From Marsupella aquatica (taxonomy: Eukaryota; Plantae; Marchantiophyta), in assembly GCA_973895155.1 (NCBI GenBank), contig OZ316896.1, positions 16,058,576-16,122,575 on the forward strand: a stretch of DNA of 64,000 nt. The letters run 5' to 3'. Position numbers and translations under genes: made by a program. The notes under the pieces are model-generated. The model saw nothing but the letters and a program-made list of their open reading frames with translations. It made no database searches and had not been told where the DNA came from. Of the stretch, positions 1 through 12,000 are shown in pieces. Position 1 is the first letter of the stretch. Each line of letters starts with the position of its first letter.

Positions 1-319
1 TACGTTAGATTACATTTTGATGATAATTAATCGACGTTGGAGCCATACAGACATCTATACATCCAGCAGCCGAGGACCCCAATTTTTTCCCAGAAGTGAG
101 GATTGCAGCAACAAAGCCGGGGACCCCGAAAGTGTATTTTGTGAAAGCTTTGCTGCAGGTGTCACTGACAAATGTCTATTTCATATTGGACGTTTTCTGT
201 TTCCGTGTTATGTCTTTCCATGGTAAGGATTTGACATCTGGCTCAGGCGATAAACAATGCATCCTGGTTGTTGACATTTCTATTCTATTAAACCACACCT
301 GCCCCTATAAAGGGCTACG

Positions 320-445
320 GGTAACCGGTAGCTCTCATTCTAAAGAGTGTAAGTTCAGAAATGGGTTTTGAGTTCCACAAAAGGTAACCGGTAGCTCTCA
401 TTCTAAAGAGTGTAAGTTCAGAAATGGATTTTGAGCTCCACAAAA
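320..445. repeat. Two-copy tandem duplication, ~63-bp unit
   Basis: GGTAACCGGTAGCTCTCATTCTAAAGAGTGTAAGTTCAGAAATGG... occurs at ~320 and ~383 with two substitutions. Confidence 0.9.
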
Positions 446-1400
446 AGTGCTGATTGCAAAACCTTTTTTTGGCAAGTACTCCTCAAAAGGTGCTAGTGTT
501 ACACCTTTTATGGTGAATAATGAGACATGGAAGGAGGCTTTCATAGTGGCTGGTTTAACGATAAATGGCCATTCTAGAGCAGGGATTTTATTCTAAAGTG
601 GAATACTTGTGTAATTAGGGCGTAGACAACTTCACTTTCTTGCACGATTTCTTCTTGCTAGGACATTGTTAGTTCTTTACCACTTTATGAACCCTGCCCA
701 TTGGGCTTCGAATTGTTGAGGCGATTTTCTTTCTTGCGTGGCTTTTCGCAATGCTTGATCACCTTATTCACTGTCCCTCATTTCATTGCTTTTAGAATAT
801 CAATCAACTTGCTATCCTCCTAACCTGAGTTGGCGAAAGACTGGGTCGAGACAGGCGCCACTGATGATAGGGCATTAGAAGTGGATCCAAATCTCTAATC
901 ACTTTGGCTTCCTACAAGTTGACATAGAAGCCCATGAGGATTCCTTGGGATAAGCGGATTCAGGGACATCGTTTCGATAGTTAAGAAAATGCCACTAGGT
1001 CTACTTGACCTCAAATCTTTCTACAGATATCATAATCCAGGCATTGAAGACTCCCAAAACACATCAGAACTCAAATTCATATCTACGATCAGTCGGGATC
1101 ACCACTGAGCCTCCGTACTCATTAAAGTCACATGTACGCCGCCAGTCGAAGCATAAATCTCCTCCGACTCGATTTGTCCTTGGCAAACGAAATGAACCCA
1201 GAACCACAACTGTGTTCCAAGGAAAGTCTGCTCTTCCACATCCTTTCTTCTTTCACAAAACAATCACTGATCAGTGATTGAAACAATGCCCTACCCTAGG
1301 CTTGGAAACTGTCTCCAAATGTAGGGAACTATCACCACGTGAGAAGAGTACATTTACAGTGCCGGAGCGGCCATGCAACATATAGACCACCACAAAACGT

Positions 1401-1610
1401 CCTCCGATACCCTTCTTGCAGGCTCAGTATCGGAAAAGAATTACAACCTGTCCCGACCAAGGTTGATTTCCTGCAACAAATTGACTTCTAGCTTGGCCGA
1501 GAACGACCTCCGATACCCTTCTTGCAGGCTCAGTATCGGAAAAGAATTACAACCTGTCCCGACCAAGGTCGATTTCCTGCAAGAAATTGACTTCTAGCTT
1601 GGCCGAGAAC
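1401..1610. repeat. Two-copy tandem duplication, 106-bp unit, just downstream of the PDX2 stop (probable 3' UTR)
   Basis: CCTCCGATACCCTTCTTGCAGG...GGCCGAGAAC starts at 1401 and 1507, nearly identical. Confidence 0.92.
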
Positions 1611-1646
1611 ATATCTAACAATGGAATAATTAGCCGGATAGCGTTT

Positions 1647-3915
1647 TCATTCAAAGACTAGAAACGAAGTATCCCTAAAAATTGGAAGATCCTTGGAAGG
1701 GGCCAGCGGACGGAGTACACTATAGTCTGCTCCGACTGCCTTTCTTTGGTCCTCTGTTGATACTGCCTTTTCGCCAGATTGAATCATCTTCAAGAACAAA
1801 CTGTGCCTGCAAAGTAACGCACGCGTCAATGACCACCGGCAAGCTCGAAGAGAGCGTGATTCAGACAAAGAGAGTAGGTCGACGTCACAGATTTCCGATT
1901 TCCAAAGATTGCATTTGAGATCAAATGGAACGAAAAGACGGCATACCAACGAGTGTCTGATGTCAGCTCGGGATGGAAGGCAGTGGCGAGAAGATTTCCT
2001 TGCCTTACTGCCACTATCAGCTTCTGGCCCAGCTTCTCAGCCTAGACATAGTTCGGGACATATTGATGAGAACAACGATAACACAGACCCCCAGTATCCA
2101 AACACGATGTCATCGCCGAGACCAATGCTTAGCTGTGGTCCAAATCCCCCACCAAGGAGAGTACTACATCATAAAACTGATTCGTAGAATGACATTTAGA
2201 CGGATGATGAGAAAAACAAACGCGAAGCACATCCACCGGATTCGAAATCCATCAAACATTGGCGAATTGTGTTTCCATCAATGACTTACTACAGTACGAT
2301 CTAGCAAATGAATGCAATGGAATGACCCGGCACTTACCTCAACGTCTTCAGGAGAACTAGCTAATGGAACTTCCGACCCAACAATGATATCGGCCAACAC
2401 TTCTACAGAAGGACCAGCATCGAGGATTGCTGGCGCCCGAATGAACACCGCACGGAAAGTCTCCCCTGCACCACCTTCCCTTAGCGCTGGCGGCGATGGC
2501 AGCTCCGTTTCGAAACTATTTAGCTGCTCCAGCAAGACAAGCATCAGTTAATCTGCATATGTAACATGATTCATTGCCCTCAAACAGCCTCCCAAGCTGT
2601 GATTCCGAAGACCCCACAACGGTACATAAACCCTCAGTCCTGAAAACACTCCAAATTATTGTCTGACGTTTGGAAGCTCCGAAATAAGACGACTCTATTC
2701 TATCTACATGTCTAATTTTTCTCCACGTTTCAATTATCAGGTACAGGCGATGACAACTAGGATTTAATGTATGTACACTGTTCATTATCATATTTCATTC
2801 CGCACCACATATTTTTCTTGTGGGTATAGACAAACAATACTTTTTAAAAAATGACTTCTTGACCCCATCTGCACTGGAAGACGAGGCAACGAATACCGTG
2901 GTTAACACCAGATCGTAGATGTTCCTCCGAGGGCGGAATTGCTTACCTGACTTCCAAAAAAATTGCGGTGCACAGTAACGTCTAAACCTCCAAGAAGGGC
3001 CTGCCCTCCAGTTTTCTGACCTGACACAGAAAGCATTTCATCAGTTCAACAGTCGGCTTTCCGTCCTAGCGGCAGATGACTGTGAAAGACATATGAGCGG
3101 ACTTTCCCAAGTCGTGTCCTTCCCTATGCAAGATTTTACAACGAAAATCAAAAGAGGTCAATTCTATCGTGCTTTCGCGGAGATGAGGAGAATTTGATGA
3201 GGGTAGTGGGTCAATTCCGGATTCATAAATCGTTGTTCAAATTCCATTCAATGATTTCAAATCTTCAGTCCCGAATTGCTCACCCACTGCCTTGTCCGCC
3301 AAAAAGATAAGGCCTGCGCACGTCCCCCAAAGTGGTTTTCCGCTGGTGCTGAATTCTTTCAGCGCGGGAATCTGCACCACCTACGAGTTAGGGAAGTGCT
3401 CCACTATAACGGATGTACGGGTAATCCCGAAGTCCAGAAACAGGGAATAACATGAGGGGGAGAGAAGCATGAAAACCGAGAGGACAAATCCTGAGAAGAG
3501 AGGAGGCAGCGTGCCACACACCAATTTATATTTCTCGGCAAGCTTCGCCATAGTCGTGCTCTCCCCACCAGGAATAATTAGGCCGGACAGGCCAACCAGC
3601 TGCTCCGGTTTCCTAACTTCTACGGTCTCCACATCAAGTTTTCTCAGCGCTGCCACAACAACCGAATTCACATTACAATTCACATCCATCTCTATTTGAC
3701 AAGACCACAACAATCTCTTGCAGAATCGACAATTCATGGAACTCACCTACAATTGTTCATGAAACCTTAGTTCATTAAACTGACCTACAATTGTTCTTGG
3801 AACGATAATTCATGAAACTCACCTACAATTGTTCATGGAACGAAAATTTATGAAACTCACCTACAATGTGTTCACGGAACGAGCCCTGCAACGCCAGCAC
3901 TCCCACCACCGCCAT
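1647..3915 (-). CDS. PDX2: Pyridoxal 5'-phosphate synthase glutaminase subunit PDX2 (7 coding exons)
   Basis: GT-AG exons at approx. 3915-3861, 3649-3522, 3371-3284, 3020-2947, 2523-2338, 2041-1947 and 1807-1647. They splice to [16 protein letters not shown]...[11 protein letters not shown]...WGTCAGLI...VHRNFFGSQ...FIRAP...AFHPEL, the PDX2/SNO motifs, including the catalytic Cys and the FHPE His-Glu. Confidence 0.96.
3735..3893 (-). repeat. ~38-bp tandem repeat (4 copies) made from the PDX2 exon1/intron1 junction
   Basis: The motif CT(C/G)ACCTACAAT recurs at ~3742, ~3780, ~3818 and ~3856. On the minus strand each copy reads ATTGTAG|GT(G/C)AGT. Confidence 0.85.
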
Positions 3916-4146
3916 CTCCACAAGCCGCTGGTCGGCTGGCGGTGCAGGTAAAAAGAGGCCAATCACGAGAAGACTCCGGAGGCACGAACAGAGGAAGACC
4001 ACACGGGGCCACCGCAAACATTCACCACCACATCACCAGGGCAGCAATGCGCGGGCAAGCCAATAAACTAAACCAGGCCCACTAAACCAGGCCCGTGACC
4101 GAAGGGGTCGGTCACAAATGCTGAACGATTACACTACTACTAGGTG

Positions 4147-6060
4147 TGTTAAACCCCATTCTTGTCAGGAAGAGAAGAAAGGTTACCGATGTGTAACCTT
4201 TCCTACTAGGTGTTCATAACCCTGTGCCCATAAAGTCTTGCCCGGTAATCTTTTTCCGGACAGGTATTACGTATGATAATGACTGTTTGGGTTGGGATTA
4301 CTGTCTGAAACCCGCCCGTTTCATCCAGTATCAACCGAGTTCTGATCTTGTGTTTGTATAATTTTCAGAACACATACATCCAGTATCAACCGAGTTCTGA
4401 TCTTGTGTTTGTATCCTGCATTGTGTTGTGTCCTCACAGAAGGCTGAAAGTAGATGAAACGAGAGCAAAATTAATAATAGTCCAGCAAAGAACCATCATG
4501 ATTAGAGAAATCTTTCCAAACACTGAATGCACTACATTCTTCTACAACAAGACGAACTTACATACGAAACAAATGAAATTCGCAGGGGGTTCGACACACG
4601 CAATAGGGATAAGAAATCCCGTTGTCAACCTACTCAACTTCGTCATGAATCGCAATGCCACAGAACTGAATAACTCCCACGATAATTGACAATACTTACC
4701 GAGTCATGGGTCAGGTATGTATCACAGTAATCACATAGTATCTGCAGAGCGACAACCGATAGAAATCCATAATCAAAGCAAGTAGGTCTGAAGATAGGGC
4801 TATGAAAAACCTTTAAAACTTGCGGGGAAGCATCTGTAAAGCAAACGAGAAGAAACTAAAAAACGACCCGCAGAATCAATTGTTTCATTTGAAAGTCAGC
4901 ATTGCCAGAGCGAGAGATACTGATCCGACTGGAAAAGATGACGTATTAAGAGGTATCATTGACAATGTGAAATATTTAGGGGAAGGAAATGTCAGATACG
5001 AGGCTACTGCTATTCAGGCCTGTCAACTTCCTTTTGAACCGCACAGGGTAAGAGAGGGAGCGAGATAGAGGGACAAAATAGAAAAGGAAAAGCACGAAAG
5101 ATACTAAGCATGATGAGTGAAGAAGTACTCTCGAAATCGTGCACAATCTGCGCTTAAAAGGGTCATCACTCTGACCCACAATCCACAGCAGCGTACACAC
5201 CAAGTCTCTACAGTACCAAAAGCCTTATGGATAGAAAGAACATGGAAGAAAGAGACATGACAAGAATCTGTGAATTCCAATTCGATGCTTTGACTGGAAA
5301 ACGTGCACCGTTTTCCGGCTCCTATGTGTGTTGAGATATGTGGCAACGAAACGCAAACCAGGAATGCAGACAAGAAGTACACAGCGAAGAAACGAACAAT
5401 AGCACCGTAACAAAGACGCAATGACAAATCACGAAAAACAGAAGTGAGGCCAGAATCGCAGGCTCAGAAAACGATCACGAGGTTCAAAAGAGAAGTAAAA
5501 TGGACACGCGCAAGGCAATCAGGAAAAGAAAGATTGACGAGCAGCTGCGCAAAATCATCTTACCGAGGCATGATGCCCGTCCTCCGTCGAGACGGGACTA
5601 CAGGCAGCGGAGAAACTTGCCGAGGTTGAGCCGCTTGAGAAGTTTATGATGATGCCAGCACTAACAAGCGGAGATACACGGACTCAGGTACGTTTGTTGT
5701 GGTGAGGAGAGCCCAAGCCCAGCTACAGCTACCGTATGGACCAGGCAATGCGTAAAGGGTAAGACGGTTTGGTCTGGGTTAGTGGTCTGGTTTGGTTAGT
5801 GGTCTGTAACCCTGGGACCAGAAAGTGAACCAGAGAGTGAGGAAATGTTGATTGGTGGGAGCCAGGAAGTTCTACTGAGCTTTGTGGGAACAAGTTTGAG
5901 ACAATAACCCCAACTTAAAGAATCAATCATATATAATATTTGTCCGGAAAAAAATTTACCGGGCAAGACTTTCTAGACACACAGTTATGGAAATGGTGGC
6001 ACCTAGTAGAAAAAGTTACACACTGGTAACCTTTCTTCTTGACAAGAATTACGTTTGACA
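4147..6060. mobile_element. Putative non-autonomous Pack-type DNA element: ~160-bp imperfect inverted repeats enclosing a captured U1-C gene fragment
   Basis: 4156-4312 (ATTCTTGTCAGG...AAAGGTTACCGATGTGTAACC...AAAGTCTTGCCCGGTAA...TTCCGGACA...GTTGGGATTACTGTCTGAAAC) matches the reverse complement of 5892-6054. No TSD was found. Confidence 0.6.
4402..5571 (-). pseudogene. U1C: U1 snRNP protein C (U1-C/SNRPC) 5' fragment, frameshifted and truncated, introns retained
   Basis: Exon 5571-5564 ATGCCTCG|gtaag; exon 4741-4700 cag|ATACTATGTGATTACTGTGATACATACCTGACCCATGACTCG|gtaagt; exon from 4443 cag|CCTTCTGTGAGGACACAACACAATGCAGGATACAAACACAAG. Adding one T to exon 2 gives [31 protein letters not shown], the U1-C zinc finger. 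As written it reads MPRYYVITVIHT*, and homology ends after YKHK. Confidence 0.88.
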
Positions 6061-6791
6061 GAAATTGAATGACACTCGGATGCACCGCAACTACACAACT
6101 GGGGTTCCAAAGAGGGTTGGAAGGAATCAAATTACCTACCGAGCCCACTGTCACCGTCGACTGCGATGCAATGTTCCCGACTGTGTTGTAGATGTTGTCG
6201 ACTGGGATGCGATGTTCATGTTTGTCGTAGACTGTGATGCGATGTTCGCGTTTGTGCTGGATGTTTGGTCTTTGGTCTTCTCGGGGGTCTTCTTGGGGGT
6301 GGGGTTTTATCCTCTCTTTTTTTAAGGGAGAGGGACCAGCCCACCCAAAACCACGCAAGGGGGGCAACAACCACCCGAGCCAATAGAAACAAGGTGTGAA
6401 CTGGGGCCAAACACCCCCAGAATTAAGATAGACTTACATACCTTGATGGTGAAAAGTGTGTGTTATTTGATGGACCCCATGAGGCCCCATGAGAATTTGG
6501 ATAGTTAAGTTGAGTTAAGGTCTATCAATGATATGGATCACTCATGGGGTCCAGGTTGCTCCTTGGACTTCTTCTTTTTGCCTTCAGGCCCATCCAATAG
6601 AGGATAGCCATCCTGCTCTGGAGCATGCATTTTTATGCAGGGTAGCCACAAGGGACCCAGGGATTTGACAAGGACCCAGACCAGGAGAGAGAGAGAGGAT
6701 TAAACCAGCACCCCAAAGCGGGTAGCCAGGGGTTGAGGGGATAATCATTACTCTACAGGTTCAACCCTCCCTCCACACACAAGGTGTGTGT

Positions 6792-6821
6792 GGGGGGGGG
6801 GGGGGGGGGGGGGTGGGGGGC
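6792..6821. repeat. Poly-G tract
   Basis: Run of >20 G, a single T, then more G. Confidence 0.9.
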
Positions 6822-7061
6822 GTAGTGATGTAATAGTGACTATGAATTGTCTGTAGATAAATCTGGGAGCATAAGACTGGATAAAAGAAATCCTAATTAC
6901 CCTCTTCCATAATGAGTGAAGAGTGCAATAAAAAAACTTTCATTTACATATTTTTGGCATGAATGAACTCATGAAATGACAACTTAGCAATCACAACATA
7001 ACCACAATGACAATTACATGTTGACACAATAACCTTTATGCACCCACAACATGGTCACAAT

Positions 7062-7384
7062 TGTTGGGAAAACTGACACAATACAACCATGAGCACAACC
7101 AACAAGTATGCACACACCGACACCAAGAGATATGTGGTACCTTTGCTGTGGCTACGTCCACGGAAACACACAAGAACTTTACTAAGCTTTGGTCACCATG
7201 ACCACACAAAGCATCCTAGTACAAACTCTCCTCCTTGCATCTAGTTACCTCACTCAACAATGAGCATCAGTTTCCAAGAGAGCTCTCCCTGACCCCTCTA
7301 TATGCTAGGTGCAAGAGTCGCAGTTTATCACCATTAACATACTAATGTCAGTTTAGCCTAAATAACAAGAAGTTAACCCTAACA
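7062..7384 (-). mobile_element. Solo LTR (323 bp), copia-like, diverged relative of the 7551 family
   Basis: TGTTGG...CCCTAACA termini with perfect 5-bp TSD ACAAT (7057-7061 / 7385-7389). Shares the GGCTACGTCCACGGAAACACACAAGA core with 7551-7885. Confidence 0.85.
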
Positions 7385-7550
7385 ACAATGATAACATTTG
7401 CACAATGACAATTAGGCCACAAGACTCTTGCAATGACACAACCACAACATGGTCATGACAACTACACAGCTGCAACCAGAAGAGTTCCACTACCACAATA
7501 ACAACAAGACCGTTCCACAGTGTCACCAAGAAATTAACAACTGTGCCATG

Positions 7551-7885
7551 TGTTGAGCATAGACGACATTTGTAACGGCAAGCCCATGAACCATCCAACG
7601 CACAATAGTCGACACAGAGAGATACGTGGTTCACCTCCACATGAGGCTACGTCCACGGGAACACACAAGAGCTTTACTGCACTCTAGGCCGACCGCCCAT
7701 ACCAAGCATCCACAGCACAAGCTCTCCCTATCTCTCAACTAGCTCCGTAACAATGAGCCTAAGTTCCACCAAGGTCTGGCATCAGCATATACACAACAGC
7801 ACTACTGCTAACATTAGCTAAGTTCTAACCCGAGTTAGCCTAACTGTGGTTAGCACAAGAGTCACAAGACGAGCAATATCTAACA
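7551..7885 (-). mobile_element. Solo LTR (335 bp), copia-like
   Basis: TGTTG...TAACA termini with perfect 5-bp TSD CCATG. The minus strand has the CCCGTGGACGTAG...GAACCACGTA motif typical of copia LTRs. A close inverted copy lies at 32624-32967. Confidence 0.92.
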
Positions 7886-9069
7886 CCATGCAGAGGCAAA
7901 TGGGCTACCATTGTCATTACTACTATACATATGCGGGATATCTTACTCCGTTTTAACTGAAAAGCATTGTAGTCCTCTGGGCAACTCTGTCCTATGTTTT
8001 GTTGGTTTGTTGTTTGCTCTTACCCCACACCAGCATTTTTCTTTGTGGCAAAAATTTGTTAGATTTTAATTGTCCAGAAACAATTGGCCTATTTTGGCCG
8101 AAATTTACTAGCTTTGTTGTCTCCCATTAGCCAGTTTTACACAGGCCCCATTAGCCCCCTAAGCAATCTTACTTAAATCTAGGGAGATCTAACCATGAAC
8201 TAATCATAAAGAATATTCTTGGCATGTTCTCTTTCACACAAGTTTGACATTAGCCCCATTCGCACACAAGGTCGACATTCGCCACACTGGCGAAACAGGA
8301 AAAACCTTAAAGATGACGCTGCCCCACACCTTAGGGTAGGACGTGTGGAGACAACCCAATTTGAGGAGAAAGAGGAGAGGGGAGCAATTGACGAAAGAGT
8401 TCTAGAGTAGTACGTGGAAATTGCGGAATGCCTCAAACGGTGGAGTACATGAGCGAAACACGTCGCCGAGTCACAAAGCAGAAGGACGAAGAACCCAAAT
8501 TCGGAAGCAGAAAATATTCCACAGCCAGAAATTACAGCAGGTGAGGAAACTGGGCGGAGGGGTCGTTGGCGACTGAGCTACCGTATCAACTTATGTCAGC
8601 AGCAGCTTTCTTAGAAGGGCTCGTCGCACGCCCTTTTTCGATTCTCATTTCGTTTCGTTGCAGATTTTCGGATTTTAATTCAGTGCTTTACTCCGTGTGC
8701 AACGAGGCCGGAGGGCTGGTGGTGAATGAATATTGGTAGGGTGTGAAGGAGTGGTCAGCTCCTGGTCCTGCTACGCTGCTGCTGCTGGTTTTGTGTGCTT
8801 ATTAGTGATTTCGATTTGCCGACAGGAAGCAAGCTCGGTCCGGGAAAGCACGAAGAAACTTTATTCACAGTTCTGCGCAGAACCCTTTGAATTGACATGG
8901 ATATGCTCCGCCCTGATGTGAGGCTTCGATTAGTGGTGAACACGGTTTGTGACGATCTGTAGTGGGGAAAAGGTGATTTTGCCGAGAATTGTGTCGCGTG
9001 AACGTCTCGGCGCCCGATGGTGTAGTGAAATAACTGGAAATTGAATTCGGGCAGGGTGCCGCCGTGAAG

Positions 9070-12000
9070 ATGACTATGCAGGCGGGACTGGGGGCGTCCA
9101 AGTTGTTAATCCTGGTTGGTGCAGGTGAGTCCAATTCTCCTTAAGTTTAGCAAAACTTGCACGTCCATCATTCAGCGCGATGATGGTTGCACGAGAAACC
9201 GAGGTGGGGATTAGGTCGTGGCAGCTATTGACGCAAACTGCACACTCGAGTTTGTCTGCGCCAAGGTGTTTGGTGGGGTTCCCTTTGGCTTCGAGTTTTG
9301 CTTGCAGGATCGGTTGGGCATGATTTCATGTGGGTGCCTTACCTTTGGCCGTGGGCCTCTTAATTTCTAAAGCGGTTTTATTCTCTATCGCTTTCAGGTC
9401 TGGGAGGTTCAATTGTGTTGAGGAACAGCAAGATTTCGGATCTCTTATCAGATCTCTCTACGGTACGTTTGCTCAGGCATTGAATTTTGTGCAAGTCGAG
9501 CTTCGTTTGCCTCCGACGAGTAGTGAGAAAGTTATCGACCAGTAACTTGACCTTCTTGCTATCAAATTCTTTACAGGGTTTCCTCGCTGGTTTCGATTGA
9601 GTGTTTGATAGTTAGATGCAGTACTCGCTTTGTTGTGTCTAGAGACTTGAATTCACTGTGTTGACTTTGGATAACCAGGTCTTATCAAAGCACTTGAAAG
9701 ATGACGGGGACGGGACTTCGGGAGGCGATGGAGATGCCACGGCAGCTATTGCAGCACAAGTGAGTTTGAGTTCTGAGTTTGGAGATATGAAGCTAATGTC
9801 TCTGTAAGCTCTAATTATTGTAGGAATGGGAAGACGCGAGCATGTTCATAAGAGAACTACCAATTACAAGTCCTCACACGAATTGGTGTGATATGTTCGA
9901 CGCAGGTCCGCCGTCTTACTATGGAATTAAGGCAGCTGGCAGCTTCAAACAGACCAATCACAGTCGTTAATGGAAGTTCGGGCTCAGGAGGTTAGCAGGG
10001 CTCCAGCACATTGCCAACTGGTTTCCTATCATGCATGACATTGATCGCCATCTACGTAGAGGGAATTTCCAAGCAATTATATGAATCTGACATACAATCA
10101 TCGTGTGGCCAAGAACTGATGCTTTGCAACGCAAAACGTGAAAATGACCGTATGGAATGGTTCTCATATGATTCCCTTTCTTATGGATAATTGCTTTACT
10201 CGAAAATTTGAAGTGAGTTAGTATTTTGCGTTATTGATTGTAAGGTTATTTGCATTTGGTGCAGCCAACTTTGGGTCTCTCTTTTTACCAGCTGCTGTGA
10301 TTGGAGTGGCCGGTTATGGATACATGTGGTTAAGGGTACGGCCCATCTGAATGCTTTGCGATGTTGGTCATGAAAATGTTTCAAAGACACGGGGTTATCT
10401 GAATTTGCTTTTCACCAGTCTTTTCCGCATAATGGTTCGACAGGCGAGAAAAATACTGCCATCACGGGACATGTTTTAACCAGTTGCACATCACCGAACT
10501 CTTTGACCTCTCAATTAAATATGTTTCTTCTTTGCAGGGGTGGTCTCTCTCGGATGTCATGTATGTGACTAAGCGAAACATGAACAATGCTGTTGCCAGC
10601 ATGGGAAAGCAGTTAGATTCAGTCTCATCAGCTCTTGTTGTAAGTTTTCTTTCTATCCTCGCTGGATACCTTGAGAGCTTCAGAGCACCTGGAGATTTAT
10701 TTGATCTTCGCTAGTCCGTCTTTTGTTTCCCGTAAGCAATGTTAGCTTGCACCCAGCAAGATGTCTGATTGACCTATGAGACTTTCGTTTTCGTCGTGGA
10801 TGTCAAACTACCATAGCTAGCTTGATAACATTGTTTCTTTACGCAGACTACCAAGCGACAGCTGACATCACGACTGGACTTCATGTCACGTAGTCTGGAA
10901 GATAATACAGCAGTCACAAACGCCATCCAGGCACAGGTGGGTTTGTGCTGAAATGTCTGTTCGAAAGTTGCAAATAGACTTCCTCTTCCAGTCTTTGTAT
11001 CACTGGAATGAGTTGTGCCTTATAGTTCTGCTTCAAGTCGTCTGCTAAAATTGTTTGGAACCATTTGGAGCGTGCAGTTGATGTATCAAAACGCATCATG
11101 TCACATTGACTCGGCAGTTTTTGTGCCAATGAAGCTACTGCGGGACATTTGCTTTTGCTTCACAATGTTATGATTTACTGATTCAAAAATTGTGCGAAGG
11201 AAGAAAATGTAATTAGGAAAAGGAGTAGTTGTGCAAGGAAATTACTTTCTGAAATTTGTAGCATTTATATATCATATCTGGATATCAGGTGTGTTACTTG
11301 ATTAGTTGGGAACATTCCACCGTAATCATTGTTTTTGGTCGATTTGGGCCATCTTTAAGTTAATATTTTATATAGAACCGCACGACAATGATTGTTAGTA
11401 TGAAACAGGACAGTGACTGTGGTTTGTGGTCTTCAATTCTTTTGTATATGATTATACTGATCCTCCTTTCCACTGTCCGCAAGGTTAGTGTCGTCCATGG
11501 AGAGGTTGCGCAGGTTGGTTTGGAAATGAGGGACGTAAACAGGCATATTGAGGGTTTGGTGAGTATTTTGGGACTCATAGGACGATGTTAATAGATGTGC
11601 TGCCTTTCAAGGTTGCTTAGATGTTGCTTATTGAAAGTTGACGGCTGAAGACTGCTTTGTTAGCTTTCACCTCAACGATTTTTACGTTGTGAATTACATT
11701 GCGAGGATTTGGATCTGATATTTGAAGGATTGGTGTTATGTGCTGATGACTGAATAGGAGGGAAAGATTGACGAGGTGGCTGAGAAACAGGTACTTTTGG
11801 CTGTGATCGTCAAGATTCCTCTACACTTAGCTCACCGCATTATATGTATTGGCATAGTCCAACTACACTATCATTTTGAACACTAGCGGCAGTCTAACAT
11901 TATTGTACTTGTTGGGACCAATTTGATATGACGATGGTGAGGAGAATGCAAGTCGTTAGGGGTCCTAGCTTGTACTCGTGCCTAGTCGCTCTGCACCTCT

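Noticed and set aside
4692-4700. ATACTTACC resembling the U1 snRNA 5' end
   Set aside because: The following sequence is not U1. This is the reverse complement of the consensus 5' splice site (G|GTAAGTAT) of the U1-C fragment exon 2.
5110-5174. ATGATGA...CTGA, possible box C/D snoRNA
   Set aside because: No terminal stem or recognisable rRNA guide, and it is antisense to the host intron. It is likely a chance match.
7062-7885. Single TRIM/LTR element made of two LTRs and a short internal region
   Set aside because: Each LTR has its own different perfect TSD, the LTRs are strongly diverged, and no PBS/PPT is visible between them.
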